DNA from: Octopus vulgaris
Taxonomy: Eukaryota
DNA length: 64,000 bases
Direction of reading: 5' to 3'
Assembly: GCA_951406725.2 (NCBI GenBank)
Contig: OX597831.1
Coordinates: 40,362,001 to 40,426,000 of the forward strand
Shown: in pieces, positions 1 through 14,797 of the stretch
Layout: every line of letters begins with the position of its first letter
Numbering within the stretch: the stretch's first letter is position 1
The notes under the pieces: model-generated
What the model was told of the DNA's origin: nothing
The model's input: only the letters and a program-made list of their open reading frames with translations
Database searches by the model: none
Translations under genes and position numbers: made by a program

Positions 1-102
1 ATATATATATATATATATACAATATGTATGTATACGTATTTATATAAATATATATACACACACACATACATACATATCTACACACACATTATGAATACAT
101 CC

Positions 103-149
<47 letters not shown>

Positions 150-227
150 TGTATGTATGTGTGTTTGTATGTGTATGTGTATGTATATCTATATCTATAT
201 ATATATATATGCGTGTGTATGAATGTG

Positions 228-267
<40 letters not shown>

Positions 268-419
268 TGTGTGTATGTATGTATGTATGTATAGTAAATA
301 TGTATATTATATAAAAATGGAAATACATATATATATATATACACATATACATATGTATCTACATGTGTTTTTGCGTGAGTGTAGACACACATGCACATAT
401 ATACGTATGGGTATGTATG

Positions 420-453
<34 letters not shown>

Positions 454-672
454 TGTATGTATGTGTATGTGTGTGCATACGTATCTATGTATATATCTGT
501 GTGTGTGCGTGTATGTGTGTCTATGCACGCGTGCATGTGTGCATAGTGCGTGCGTGTGTACAAACCATGTTATACAGATGTCAAGCACTGTTGAACAGGT
601 AACTAGCTGCAACGATAAGCACGTGTGTGTATTTGTGTGCGTCATATATGTGCAAGTGCGCGCGAGTATGAA

Positions 673-704
<32 letters not shown>

Positions 705-720
705 TGCTTGACTGTCTGTC
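1..720. repeat. Compound (TA)n/(TATG)n/(TG)n/(GCCT)n microsatellite region
   Basis: Directly visible simple repeats; they produce the YI/MYVC/HTYI pseudo-ORFs in the track. Confidence 0.95.
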
Positions 721-959
721 AGTCTATCAGTATGCCTGTGTGCCTCGTCTTGTGTATGTTATCATGCCACAACAAGGTTGCTGGTTAGCTTTCTGTTAGA
801 TTAATTAAACAACTTGATAAATGATGTATGAGGAACATCGATGTTTAACGCAGTTAAATGTGTGGCAGAAATAAAATTTCCGAAGAATGAAATTGATGAA
901 GTTTATAATATATGCTCATTCCTCCTACCCCACCCCACACCCCACTCCACATCCCTCAC

Positions 960-1917
<958 letters not shown>

Positions 1918-2214
1918 TAAAAGCAAACAAAAACACAAAAACGTAAGTGGAAATAAAATAAAAATTGTAACATTTATAAAATTGAAAATGTTGCAGAGAG
2001 GTGAAAAGAGGGGAGAAAGATAAAATTCTGATGAAAAGAATTTGATTAACTTATCAGGAATTTAATACGTCAACAAAAAAATAAATAAAATGAAATAAAA
2101 TAAAATAAAATAAAAAGTTTAAAAAATGAAGAAGAAAAAGATGATGATGAAGAAAAAAACTTTAAAAAAGTAAAAAATTTCTGATCATGATGACGATAAC
2201 GACGGCTGCGACAA

Positions 2215-2216
2215 TG

Positions 2217-2278
<62 letters not shown>

Positions 2279-2444
2279 TGCCGTAATAGTGGTGTAATGG
2301 TGGTGATGATCACAATGATAAAGCTGGAGATGATGATGATGATGATGATGATGATGACGACGATGATGATGACGATGATGATGATTATGATGATGATGAC
2401 GATGATGATGATTATGATGATGATGATTATGATGATGATGGTGA

Positions 2445-2478
<34 letters not shown>

Positions 2479-2549
2479 GGTGGTGGTGGTGTTGGTAGTG
2501 ATGGTGGACGTGGTGGTCGTGATGAAGATGGAGATAATGACGATGATGA

Positions 2550-2583
<34 letters not shown>

Positions 2584-2652
2584 GGTGGTGGTGGTGGTGG
2601 TGGTGGTGGTGGTGGTGGACGTGGTGGTCGTGATGAAGATGGAGATAATGAC

Positions 2653-2693
<41 letters not shown>

Positions 2694-2880
2694 CATGATG
2701 ACGATAACATGATAATGATGATAACGATGGCGATGGTGGAGATGAGAAGTTGCAGATGATGATGATGATGATGATGATGATTACGAAGACTTGATGGTGG
2801 CGGCGGTGGCGATTTAGTTGAAGGTGATGACAATGATGACCATGACAGCGATGACAATGATGACGGTGATGACGCTGATG
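2215..2880. repeat. (GCT)n/(GAT)n/(GGT)n compound microsatellite with an internal duplicated block
   Basis: GTGGACGTGGTGGTCGTGATGAAGATGGAGATAATGACGATG occurs twice (~2504 and ~2614). Confidence 0.9.
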
Positions 2881-3149
2881 TAATTATAAACGAGCAAAAT
2901 GGTTATTTGAGAAGGGTGGCTTGGGACCAGCGGTGTTCCTTGCCATTCGATGGCGTTTCATCTCTGTTGGAAAATTTGTTTGTTTGTTAGAAGTTGTTGT
3001 TGTTGTTGTTGTTGTTGTCGTCGTTATTGTTTTACACGTTTCTGTGGAAATTCCCACTGGCCCTATGTTCTGTGTTCAAATGCTGTCGACGGCGACTTTG
3101 CCTTTCATCACGTTTTTGGGGTCGATAGAAAAAAAAAAAAGAAAGTCGA

Positions 3150-3220
3150 ACACTGGGATCGATGTAATCGATTGGTCTCCTACCTTCAAGTTTCAGGCCT
3201 TGTGCCTATAGCAGAAAGGA
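3150..3220 (+). mobile_element. SINE family A, 3' end fragment
   Basis: CACTGGGATCGATGTAATCGA...CAGGCCTTGTGCCTATAGCAGAAAGGA matches the 3' end of family A copies elsewhere in the window. Confidence 0.7.
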
Positions 3221-3238
3221 TCGTCGTCGTCGCCGTCG

Positions 3239-3269
<31 letters not shown>

Positions 3270-3569
3270 TATCATCATCATCATCATCATCATCATCGTC
3301 GTCATCATCATCATCGTCATCATCATCATAATCATCATAATCTATATCATCATCATCATCTACAACATCATCATCTTCATCATCACCATCATAATCATCA
3401 TAATAATAATCATCATCACCATCATCATCATCTACAACTTCATCACCACCACCACATCCACCATCATCACCAGCAGCAGCAGTACCACCACCACCACCAT
3501 CATGCTATCATGATCATCATCATGATCATCATCATCACCACCACCACCACCACCATCATAATCATTATT

Positions 3570-4100
3570 TGTATGAATCTTCCAATTTTTTGTCCATTTT
3601 TTCCGAGTGTCTTCTCGACACCTAGGAAGCTAAAGAAACTCACTGTATACATTATTTGACCGTTCACTATTACTGAGCGTTCATTTTCAAAATCAAATGA
3701 AGTTATGTGAAGAAGGAAAAGAAAAGAAAAATAACTTATACATGAATAGTAATCGTTCTCATTATGAGAATGATTACCATGTAAAGGTTTCGTGTGATGT
3801 AGCAGATAAAGCGATCATCTGCTCTTCCTGAAAATATGGTAATCTAAGGATCCTACAATCACTGGTATTGTAACCGCCTTGGGATGCCCTATTGTTTTTG
3901 ATTTCAAAGAGCAAATCTTTATATTTTATGAGCTTGTCAAATTCTTTTGCTGAAGTATTATGATCACAAGGAATGCTCATGTCGATCAATAAGCAGACTT
4001 TATTGTTTTGGTGTTTTACAGCAATATCCGGTTTATTAGCTTTGATGGTTCTGTCTGTATGTACTGGAAAGTCACAAAGAATCGTTACATTTTCTTCGTC
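3570..4100 (-). mobile_element. R4/Dong-like non-LTR retrotransposon 3' fragment (restriction-like endonuclease domain)
   Basis: Minus-strand translation ENVTILCDFPVHTDRTIKANKPDIAVKHQNNKVCLLIDMSIPCDHNTSAKEFDKLIKYKDL has the PD..D..K..KY RLE signature; homologous to 22295-22875. Confidence 0.8.
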
Positions 4101-4199
4101 AGGCTGAAAATGTAACGATGATAGTATTGTTTGAAGCTAGTATTCCTTTAGTGATATATGTGGTCTTGTCAATAAGTATCTGGACGGTTGCCGTAGTAA

Positions 4200-4445
4200 C
4201 GAAACTAAAGCATGCAGAGTAGAGCTGCTTAGCACAGATTGACCTTGGGCTCTGTTGTGCACGAGCACTAAGTTTTAACGTTCTAGCTCACTTACACTGT
4301 TTACAGCAGTGCTTGGAAGGAAGGTGTGTAGCGTGTGATCGTCGCATTGACCATTACAGAGAAAGTTGAGCAGAGAATCTGCATCAAATTTTGCCAAAAA
4401 CTTGATGATACCTGATCAGAGGCCTACGCAAAGTTTTCAAAACGT
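4200..4445 (+). mobile_element. mariner transposase N-terminal remnant
   Basis: ~4357-4440 reads TEKVEQRICIKFCQKLDDT*SEAYAKF, a mariner N-terminal HTH motif with an in-frame stop. Confidence 0.6.
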
Positions 4446-4524
4446 TTTCATCGTTCTCATCAAAATCAAAGAGATCTTGTGCAATTGAAACCCGAGTGTC
4501 TTTTTGGTCAACTGAAAGCAGCTT

Positions 4525-4745
4525 TCTTATTTCTTTAATGCCTACAAGGGGCTAAACATAGAGGGGACAAACAAGGACAGACAAACGGATTAAGTCGATT
4601 AGATCGACCCCAGTGCGTAACTGGTACTTATTTAATTGACCCCGAAAGGATGAAAAGTAAACTCGACCTCGGCGGAATTTGAACTCAGAACGTAGCGGCA
4701 GACGAAATACCTATTTCTTTACTACCCACAAGGGGCTAAACACAA
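4525..4745 (-). mobile_element. SINE family A, internal fragment
   Basis: Shares GACCCCGAAAGGATGAAA..GACCTCGGCGGAATTTGAACTCAGAACG with other family A copies. Confidence 0.85.
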
Positions 4746-4769
4746 GATATCGATAGATTTCCGCGCTTA

Positions 4770-5055
4770 AAGCTTCGAAAGCTCCGCGAGGGTCTGGCAG
4801 AGGGTGGTGGCGAACCCTGCTGTACTCTTTCACCACAACTTTTTTCTCAGTATTTTTTTCCTGTTTCTGTTCTACCTGTATTTCAAAGGGCCAGCCTTGT
4901 CACATTCTGAGTCACGCTGAATCTCCCTGAGAACTGCATTAAGGGTACACATGTCTGTGGAGTGCTCAGTCACTTGCATGTTAATTTCACGAGCATGCTT
5001 TTCCGTTCAACGGATCAACTGGAACACTCGTCGTCGTAACCGACGGAGTGCCAAT
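4770..5055 (+). mobile_element. SINE family C, 5'-truncated copy
   Basis: Colinear with 53291-53645 and the reverse complement of 45170-45556. Confidence 0.85.
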
Positions 5056-5434
5056 CAATCAAATGACGTACGAACCAGGATGCTGAATAGGCTATGTAAG
5101 AACTCAAAGCTGCATAAAACATCCCCACAAACATCAAAAACAAGATGAAAGTGGCTGTGACTTCTCTGACGTATATATTCTCAAGACGCCAAAGGCTGAA
5201 ACTGAACGAAAATTATGTGAAACGAAGGTTCCTGGGTAAACGTTATGAATATTGTTAATTCCACGTTAATTTCACGAGCAGGCTGTTCCGTTGATCGGAT
5301 CAACTGGAACCATCGTCGTCGTAATCGACGGAGTGCCACGGTCCACTGGGTTCCCTCTGGTCAGACGGTGAACAAAGTGTAGTTTTGTGGAGGTTTTGAG
5401 GTAGCTTAAGATAAGGTTTCGTAGTAAAAGTGCT

Positions 5435-6085
5435 AGAGAACCTGCACCAGGACAGTACTCCAGTTAACAATTCCATCCTGGTAAGCAACTACTTGAACGA
5501 GTTTGGCATAAAAAACTGTCCTTCATCCTCCCTACAGTCCAGATTTTGCACCCCGTGACTTGTCGTTTACTTCCCAAGCAGAACGAAAAGATTAAGGAGC
5601 TTGTGATTATAATTTTGGGCATTTTCACTTTGGAGAGACTTCCAATAGTTGTTGTTTGTTGTTTGTTCCTTCACGAGCCATGCCTGGCTCATTAAGGCCG
5701 GTTTCCCGGTTTCCCGGTTTCCCGGTCCATCGCAGGTGAGCTGCAAGATGCAGGAGGTAAGAGTGAGAGAAAGTTGTGGCGAAAGAGTCAGCAGAAGTTC
5801 GCCCTTACCTTCTGCCGGAGATGCGTGGAGCTTAGGGGTTTCGCTCATAAACACACACGTCGCCCGGTCTGAGATTCGAACCCGCGATCCCTCGACCGTG
5901 AGTCCGCTGCTCTAACCACTAGGCCATGTGCCTCCACTTCCAATGGGGCCTCCACGAAGTGGATGGAGTGCTTCAGCATGTGCATAGAAGCATAGAGATT
6001 AGAGTTTTGCAGGAGATTAGAGTTTTGTAGTTCTTTGAAATTAATAAATATCTCTCCTGAAAAACTTCTGGAATGTTCCTTCTGT
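5435..6085 (+). mobile_element. mariner transposase C-terminal remnant interrupted by a SINE
   Basis: LHQDSTPVNNSILVSNYLNEFGIK..HPPYSPDFAPRD motif; continues after the SINE as NGASTKWMECFSMCIEA. Confidence 0.7.
5647..5935 (-). mobile_element. tRNA-derived SINE (family C variant) with 9-bp TSD
   Basis: Minus-strand head GTGGAGGCACATGGCCTAGTGGTTAGAGC...GGTTCGAATCTC (A/B boxes), (AAC)-type tail, direct repeat ACTTCCAAT at 5638-5646 and 5936-5944. Confidence 0.9.
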
Positions 6086-6232
6086 GCGTACATATATGTA
6101 ATATGTAACAGACGTATGAATGAATGTGTGTGTGATAATTCACAGGATCAAACACACACACACACACATACACACACATATATACATACATACATACAGG
6201 CGCGTGAATGTATACATACATAAATACATACA

Positions 6233-6288
<56 letters not shown>

Positions 6289-6680
6289 TATATATACATA
6301 CACGTATGAACGTATGTATGTACACATACATACACACACATGCACGCACACACACACATATATATATACATACATATATATATATGCATAAATACATACG
6401 TATGAACGTATGTATGTACACACACACACATATACATACATCTGTACAGACATATATACATGCATGCATGCATACATACATGCATACTCCGCGTATATAT
6501 TGCTCTGTATATTTGCATAATAGTTAGAGGTTAATATCATAAATAAATATTTAGACACCTATAAACCTTAGCAAAATATGCTTCCTGTCGCTCAAAATTA
6601 ATCCTCCAAGTGTAACGCGTATGACGCACATACGCACAACAATATATGCACGTATATACGCATATATATATACATACGCG

Positions 6681-6711
<31 letters not shown>

Positions 6712-6819
6712 TGCGGTGTACATTTGTATGATATTTAGAGGTTAATAATGTAAATAGACGATTATTGGTCTATAAACATAAGCGCATAACGAGCATGTAA
6801 AAACAGTTGACTCTCTCTC

Positions 6820-6883
<64 letters not shown>

Positions 6884-7187
6884 TCTGAAAATTAATCCAG
6901 TTAAATCACATCTGGTTTATGTATTGATTATTCTAAAATGTTTGCTCTTCCGCCTCTGATTCCGCCCCCACCACTGTCTTTCACATTTACATCGCAACTC
7001 CCCCCCTCTCTCTTTTCTCTTTCTCTTTCTCTTTCTTTCTTTCTTTTTCTTTCTTTCTTTCTACTTCTCTGCCTATCTGTCTGTCTACCTCTCTCTCCCA
7101 CTTTACACCTTCCTTTCTCTTTATATCTCTCTCTCTATATTCATTGCGTATATTTCTTCGTTTCACATAAGCATGCTTTTATTCATA

Positions 7188-7220
<33 letters not shown>

Positions 7221-7221
7221 G

Positions 7222-7274
<53 letters not shown>

Positions 7275-7404
7275 TAATATACATTCAATACTAAAAGACG
7301 TACACATAGGACCCTAATTCTTCATCAGTTATTGACCGAAATACTAATACACAGTTTCATGCCTTTAATATATATATGTATATATATGCACACACGCATA
7401 CATT

Positions 7405-7797
7405 ATCTACTCTAGACACAAGTCCCGAAATTTTTGGGGAAGGGCCCAGTCGATTAGATCGACCCCAGTACGCAACTAGTACTTAATTTATAGACCCCGA
7501 AAAGATGAAAGGCAAAGTCGACCTCGGCGGAATTTAAACTCAGAACGTAAACACAGACGTAATACCTATTTCTTTATTACCCACAAGGGGCTAAACATAG
7601 AGGGGACAAACAAGGACTGACAAACGGATTAAGTCGATTACATCGATCCCAGTGCGTAACTGGTACTTAATTTATCGACCCCGAAAGGATGAAAGGCAAA
7701 GTCGACCTCGGCGGAATTTGAACTCACAACGTAACGGCAGACGAAATACGGCTACGCATTTCGCCCGGCGTGCTAACGTTTCTGCCAGCTCGCCGCA
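7405..7797 (-). mobile_element. SINE family A, full length, two internal units
   Basis: Minus-strand head GCGGCGAGCTGGCAGAAACGTTAGCACGCCGGGCG...GAGTTCAAATTCC (B box-like); core GGTCGACTTTGCCTTTCATCCTTTCGGGGTCGATAAATTAAGTACCAG. Confidence 0.9.
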
Positions 7798-8146
7798 TAT
7801 AAAACCATTATATAATATATGTGTTCGGATTTCAGTAATCCAACCTTCCGTTGAAACGCAGATTCGTCTGTAACTTTCAAATCCGACTCTTTGAGTGATA
7901 ATCCACTCTGATATCTGCTGCATCATTTCTTCTCACATTTCAAGAAACCTGAGTTTCTCTACAACCTCTTATAAGCTCCATAGTTCCTTGACCAGCCGCA
8001 AACAACCAGGCACTTTTAAATACACTCGCTGTACATGCAATGCTTGGCCTTACATTATTAACATCACAACCTACACCGCCGTACAAGCCTCAGTACAACA
8101 TCACGAACAAAACTTTTGTTGAACTTTAACCAACATCGTTTTTTTG

Positions 8147-8505
8147 CAGTGGTTCTCAACCGGATTCCATATGACCCCTGAGGACTCATGCATGAATTTT
8201 GGGAGTCCACATAATAAAATAGTTCATTGAGGATCCACAATTGTATTTTAAGGGCCCCTCAAAAAATTTTGCTTTCGATGTATATACTCTTACTCTTTAC
8301 TCTTATTTGTTTCAGTCATTTGACTGCGGCCATGCTGGAGCACCGCCTTTAGTCGGGCAAATCGACCCCGGGACTTATTCTTTGTAAGCCCAGTACTTTT
8401 TCTATCGGTCTCTTTTTGCCGAACCGCTAAGTGACGGGGACGTAAACACACCAGCATCGGTTGTCAAGCAATGCTAGGGGGACAAACACAGACACACAAA
8501 CACAT

Positions 8506-8547
<42 letters not shown>

Positions 8548-8866
8548 GACAGGCTTCTTTCAGTTTCCGTCTACCAAATCCACTCACAAGGCATTGGTCG
8601 GCCCGGGGCTATAGCAGAAGACACTTGCCCAAGATGCCACGCAGTGGGATATTAGTATTTATTACAAGAAACAGAGAAGTTTCTTTCTCTGACATTTTAC
8701 ACAGTTCAACCGACACAAGTTAACGTGTGAAAAAACAAAATAGAATTTCGAAAGAAGTTTCTTTAAACTTGTTTTTAGACACCAAATGGCTATGGGGATC
8801 CACCAGAATAAAATGGTAATTAAAGGGGTCCATAGGTAAAAAAAAAAAAGTGTTTGAGAACCTTCA
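8147..8866. mobile_element. hAT-like MITE with nested SINE
   Basis: Left end CAGTGGTTCTCAACC, degenerate right end GTTTGAGAACC; internal GACCCC/GGGGTCC subterminal motifs; no clear TSD. Confidence 0.55.
8287..8648 (-). mobile_element. SINE family B, head partly missing
   Basis: Matches family B consensus with internal (TA)n/(CA)n and GTAAAAGA-type tail. Confidence 0.9.
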
Positions 8867-9270
8867 GTTTATTGCCTGTAAACTTACCGATGTTTTTTTA
8901 CGTTAGTGAAATAAACCATCGCCTCGTTTATCACTTTCGCAAACACTCGCGAAGTGTTCTACTTTGTTTGCAAGGAGAACCGTTGATTAGCTCCAAGAAG
9001 CCATCGCCTCTAGTTAGCTATGTGACACAGGCTGTATGGGTAACCAGTTGGAGAAGATGTCCTGAGGAAAAAAAAAATTGTAGTAACGTAGTTCCGTACA
9101 GAACTGCCATGTTGCAGTGGCCACAAGCATTACTTGTCATCAACTTTAATACGACAGGGGTCTCTATTAACTACAGCGTCCGCAATCTTTGCACTCCATA
9201 CCTTAACCGAGACGCTGGTTTCGTTGAGTTTTGTGTTTAGGTGATTGCGTAAACGTTTTTGAATCTATAC

Positions 9271-9338
9271 CAGTGGTTCCCAACCTTGGGACCTGGAGTT
9301 TGCAAAGGTAGTACTTGTATGTATGTAGGGAACCACTG
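9271..9338. mobile_element. 68-bp hAT-like mini element
   Basis: 11-bp TIR CAGTGGTTCCC/GGGAACCACTG; no TSD seen. Confidence 0.5.
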
Positions 9339-9339
9339 A

Positions 9340-10283
9340 GGTATGGGCTGGAGCATTGTCGTGATGAAAAGAGACTCTTCTTGTGAACATTCCCGGCCTT
9401 TTTTCTTTGATTGCTTCTCAGAAGCGTTTCAGTAGCTGAGGATAATACAGCCCTCTCACGGTATGGCCCTTTTCAAGGTAATCGATCAGCAAGACACCTT
9501 GAGAATCCCCCAAAACTGACCTTGCCAGCTGAAGGAATGACCCTGGCCTTCTTTGGGGGCAGGAGAAAATGTGTGCTTCCACTGCTTTGATTGTTCTTTG
9601 GTTTCAGGCTGGCAGTGATGAACCTAACTTTCGTCCATAGTAATGAAACAAGCAAGAAAATTCTCTTCATCGGCTTCAAACAGTTCCAGAGTTCTCGTGG
9701 GCAAAGTGCACCTGGTGCGTTTCTGTTCAGGAGTCAAAGGGCGAGAAACCCACCTTGCAGAAACCTTTGAGAACACAAGTTCTTTTGCCACAATGTTGTC
9801 TGCTCTTTCATTTGAGATGCCCAGTCTCTCAGCTATCTGGCGACATGATATTCGACGATCTTGCAATATCATACCAAGAGCAAGGTCAATGTTGTCCTCG
9901 GTGGTTGCAGTTGGAGGTCTCCCTGGTCTGGGATCATCTTCCACACTCTCCCTGCTACGCTGGTATTCATTTACCCAGCGTTTGACTGTTGCATATAAAG
10001 GAGTATTATCTGTTAAGGTCCTCACCAAATCTTCATGGATTTCTGATGGAGCTATGCTTTTCAAATGAAGGTACTTTATGACAGCATGACACTCAGTTTT
10101 CTCCATTTTCCTTGTGACCTCTACAAAAAAAAAAAAAATAAACAAAAAACAAATTAAAATATCAGAATCATGAAAATGAGCAAGAATACTCCGAAAAGAC
10201 TGTACTTACCAGAAAATATTCTTTCAGCTATCTAGCAGCCCTGTTTCTAGGTTAGGCTCAAAACTTTTCATACACCCCTCGTA
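9340..10283 (-). mobile_element. mariner element, degenerate and truncated
   Basis: ORF 9624-10145: MEKTECHAVIKYL..TVKRWV..DDPRPGRP..KVSARWVSRPLT..FITMDES; frameshifted continuation PPKKARVIPSAGKV and IKEKRPG..FHHDNAPAH; terminal CCCCTCG+TA at ~10275-10283. Confidence 0.92.
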
Positions 10284-10336
10284 CATCTCTTATGGAGACT
10301 TTAGTGCTAGCTACTTTGCTTGTTAAAAAAAAAATA

Positions 10337-10507
10337 GGAGTGGCTGTATGGTAAGTAGCTTGCTTACCAACCACATGGCTCCGGGTTCAGTCCCACTGCG
10401 TGGTACCTTGGGTAAGTGTCTTCTACTATAGCCTCGGGTCGACCAAAGACTTGTGAGTGAATTTGGTAGTCGGAAACTGAAAGAAGCACGTCGTATATAT
10501 ATATGTG

Positions 10508-10584
<77 letters not shown>

Positions 10585-10815
10585 ATGTGTTTGTGTATAT
10601 ATGTTTCTGTGGCTGTGTTTGTCCCCCAAACATCGCTTGACAACCGATGCTGGTATGTTTACGTCCACGTTACTTAGCGGTTCAACAAAAGAGACCGATA
10701 TAATATGTACTAGGCATACAAAAAATAAGTCCTGCGGTCGATTTTCTCGACTAAAGGCGGTGCTGTAGCATGGCCACAGTCAAATGACTGAAACAAGTAA
10801 AAGAGTAAAAGAGTA
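10337..10815 (+). mobile_element. SINE family B, full length
   Basis: Head GGAGTGGCTGT(A/G)TGGTAAG..CGGGTTCAGTCCC, CORE-like ACCTTGGG(T/C)AAGT, internal (TA)n, tail GTAAAAGAGTAAAAGAG. Confidence 0.92.
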
Positions 10816-11104
10816 TAACTTACAGAAAATCAGATAAGAGAACGTTTGCATGCTTTATGTATAAAAGTGCTGCGTGCGATCACTCGCCTACATACGTAAG
10901 CACGTGCACACACACACACACACACACATCGGCTCAGTGCTTAAATTTATCCCTTAACTTACGTATTCAATTTCACACAGAAAAAGGATGCATAATAAAA
11001 TATGATTTTTAAAAAAATATTCATCAGCCAAGGGACGCAACTGTATTTAAGAAATTTTATAGTTATGTCCCTTGCACTCCAATGCTTGTCAATTTTTTTC
11101 CATT

Positions 11105-11149
11105 GTGACGTTATAAACATGTTGCTAGGTTACCAAATAATACCGGAAG
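11105..11149 (+). promoter_or_regulatory. Candidate promoter with RFX X-box-like, CRE-half-site and ETS-like motifs
   Basis: GTGACGT (11105-11111), GTTGCTAGGTTAC (11121-11133) and ACCGGAAG (11142-11149) cluster in a non-repetitive island ~220 bp upstream of ATG 11350. Confidence 0.45.
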
Positions 11150-11349
11150 ACCATAACTTCTCCGTAAAAGTATTATTTTAAGCTATACTACCGCTATTAC
11201 TGATTCGCTTTATGTTAGTAAACGTCGAGATATCCCGGAGAACCGTCATTCGAATTCACTCACAGCTGTGTACGGCTGTTTAGTGCTCTGTTACCAGACG
11301 AGATTTTTATATTTGTGACGATCGTAATGTAATCAAACGAAGTAAAGAT

Positions 11350-11356
11350 ATGGATG
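11350..11356 (+). CDS. Candidate first coding segment of the CCDC148-like gene (ATG GAT G|GTAAGT)
   Basis: Perfect donor GTAAGT at 11357; phase 1 matches the acceptor at 38446/38447, giving MDG-LITRM; the upstream frame is open back to a TAG at 11281-11283. Confidence 0.45.
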
Positions 11357-11479
11357 GTAAGTTTTGTTGACAAATATTATTTAAACGTGGAATTGTTTTT
11401 GTTTGTCTATGTACCGCTACTTCACCGATTAGAAGAGACACGTTCATCTCAGAAGTGATACGTTGACGATAACGATGAC

Positions 11480-11549
<70 letters not shown>

Positions 11550-11826
11550 ATGGTGGTGGTGGTGGTCGCGGTAATATAATGATAAGAATCATGTTGATAA
11601 TATACATGTGCATGCCTGTGAATGCGTGTGTGACTGTGTGCGTGAGTGTATGTCTGTCTGTGTGTGTGTGTTGTGTGTGTGTGTATGTGTTGTGTGTATG
11701 TATAATGTGAGTGATGTATGTGTGCTAGTAGGTGTTGTGTCTATGTGTAATGTGAGTGATGTATGTGTGCTAGTGTATGTATGTCGAAGTGCTTGTGTGT
11801 ATGTGTGTGTCTGTGTGTGTCCATCC

Positions 11827-11902
<76 letters not shown>

Positions 11903-11931
11903 GTTTGTCTGTCTGTCTACCCGCCTGTCTT

Positions 11932-11976
<45 letters not shown>

Positions 11977-12096
11977 ATCTATATATACATATATAAAAAC
12001 TTAGATATGTTTCGACCTAAGATTGATCCAGGTCATGTCTAACTTAATAGCACCACTTATATATATATGTATATATACACACACAACACGAATTTC

Positions 12097-12205
<109 letters not shown>

Positions 12206-12281
12206 GTATACAGACACATATATACACATATATAAATACATGCATGCATATATACATACGTGCCATACATACATACATACC

Positions 12282-12315
<34 letters not shown>

Positions 12316-12342
12316 CATACATACATACATACATACGTATAT

Positions 12343-12373
<31 letters not shown>

Positions 12374-13040
12374 CAGTTCAGGGCTCTTATCACAGGCTGT
12401 TGAGACCTGCAACTGGGGCGATGTAAACGAGTTCTACCTATTCCTCGGTCGAGTGATCAGTGATTAAACCTGCTTACGTGAGTAGCTTGCTACTCTAGTG
12501 CGTAAGGTATCCGGACACCCTGTAAGATTAGAAACAGGAGTCGTCGAAGAATGGATGACCCCATCGTGAGCCAACGGCCATCAAATTGGAGAAGGCAAAG
12601 GAAATGTGCCCCAATGTCTCTGTTAGGAAAACATTACGAGAAAGTCAGAACCAATTAAAGCTATGCCTTTCATCCGATGAGAGAACTCACGCTTAAGCAG
12701 GAAAATGTTTATAGTGCCCGTAACTCGTTGCAAAAGCGTGTGTAACATGGCTACACCTTTCCAAACGCTGCTTATGCCAACCATCCAAACTCCGACGGGA
12801 CATCAACTGTACGTGCCGTTCTTCCTCCTAGACCGGGTGCTCCGACGTGCTTACTGCGTGAAAGGTTTTGCAAATGCATTCCATGTCTGCAGAGAAATAT
12901 GGCGGGACGCAAGAGTCCGCCAAAAAAAAAAGTACATACACACCTTAAGAAACGAAGGATCTGTATGTATATTTCTATTTAGTGTTATTGAAATTTATTC
13001 AGTGTAATGGCAATTTCATACAGTATCGACAGAGGTATCC

Positions 13041-13096
13041 ATAGAGGTACTTATACCTCTATAGAGGTACTTATACATCTATAGAGGTACTTATAC
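13041..13096. repeat. 20-bp tandem repeat (~2.8 units)
   Basis: Unit ATAGAGGTACTTATAC(C/A)TCT repeated head to tail. Confidence 0.9.
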
Positions 13097-13114
13097 GAGA
13101 TAAATATTTATACA

Positions 13115-13868
<754 letters not shown>

Positions 13869-13877
13869 AATACATTT

Positions 13878-14170
13878 TGTTGTGTCTGGGGAGAGTCATT
13901 TTCTTTTTGTGCCCTTTAATTTAACACACTCACCGGTAAAATTTCCACTATATATTTATATATCTACATATATGCATATATATGTATATTTTCGTTGCGT
14001 CCTGCAACCTTTTCATTAGTACTGACAACCTTTTCAATACTCAAGACTATTGAAAAGGTTGCAAGACGCAAGGAAAATTTTAGGAAAATAAAAATAATAA
14101 GTGGAAATTTTACTGGTGAGTGTGTTAAGTTATAAGGCACAAAAAGAAAATGACTCTCCCCAGACACAAC
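13878..14170. repeat. Fold-back inverted repeat of a dispersed element
   Basis: 13878-13950 pairs with 14100-14170, with inner arms ~13990-14016 and ~14049-14077; the same arm sequence recurs at ~54917-54958. Confidence 0.85.
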
Positions 14171-14572
14171 AGAATATGCTTCAACACACGAACTCACATA
14201 AAGAATCTTGCAAACCAAATCCAAAAACGAAGTAGAATACAGATTTTTCGTTTCCTGAAGTGTGTATACATATTTTTTTTTGTTGCCGGACTCTGTATAT
14301 CTCAGAAAGAAACCCTATCAATCAAGTTATACTTAGAACTTTCGTCCGTGTCTTCTGCTTCAAACGCTGCAAATTTGCAGTGGGAGTGAAGAGCAATCTG
14401 AAAGAGGGAATGTCAGAAATCCGTTGGTAATGGAGAAGCTCAACGAGATGGCAATCATCTTAGTAGATGGGGTAGTCACTATGTATTCATGTGTAGTCCT
14501 TTTGTTTAACCAACTCCTTGCCTGCAGTCCCAGCAGACCACCAGTGTCCAATTTGTAGCAGAGCCTTAGAAG

Positions 14573-14746
14573 CAGGAGTAGCTGTGTGGTAAGTAGCTTG
14601 CTTACCAACCACATAGTTCCGGGTTCCGGGTTCAGTCCCACTGCGTGGCACCTTGGGCAAGTGTCTTCTACTATAGCCTCGGGCCGACCAAAGACTTGTG
14701 GATGGATTTGGTAGACGGAAACTGAAAGAAGCCCGTCGTATATATG

Positions 14747-14797
<51 letters not shown>

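Noticed and set aside
12376-12920. Complex GC-richer block, possibly an exon or a LINE 5' UTR
   Set aside because: No recognisable protein motif, splice pair or ribozyme core by eye; left unannotated
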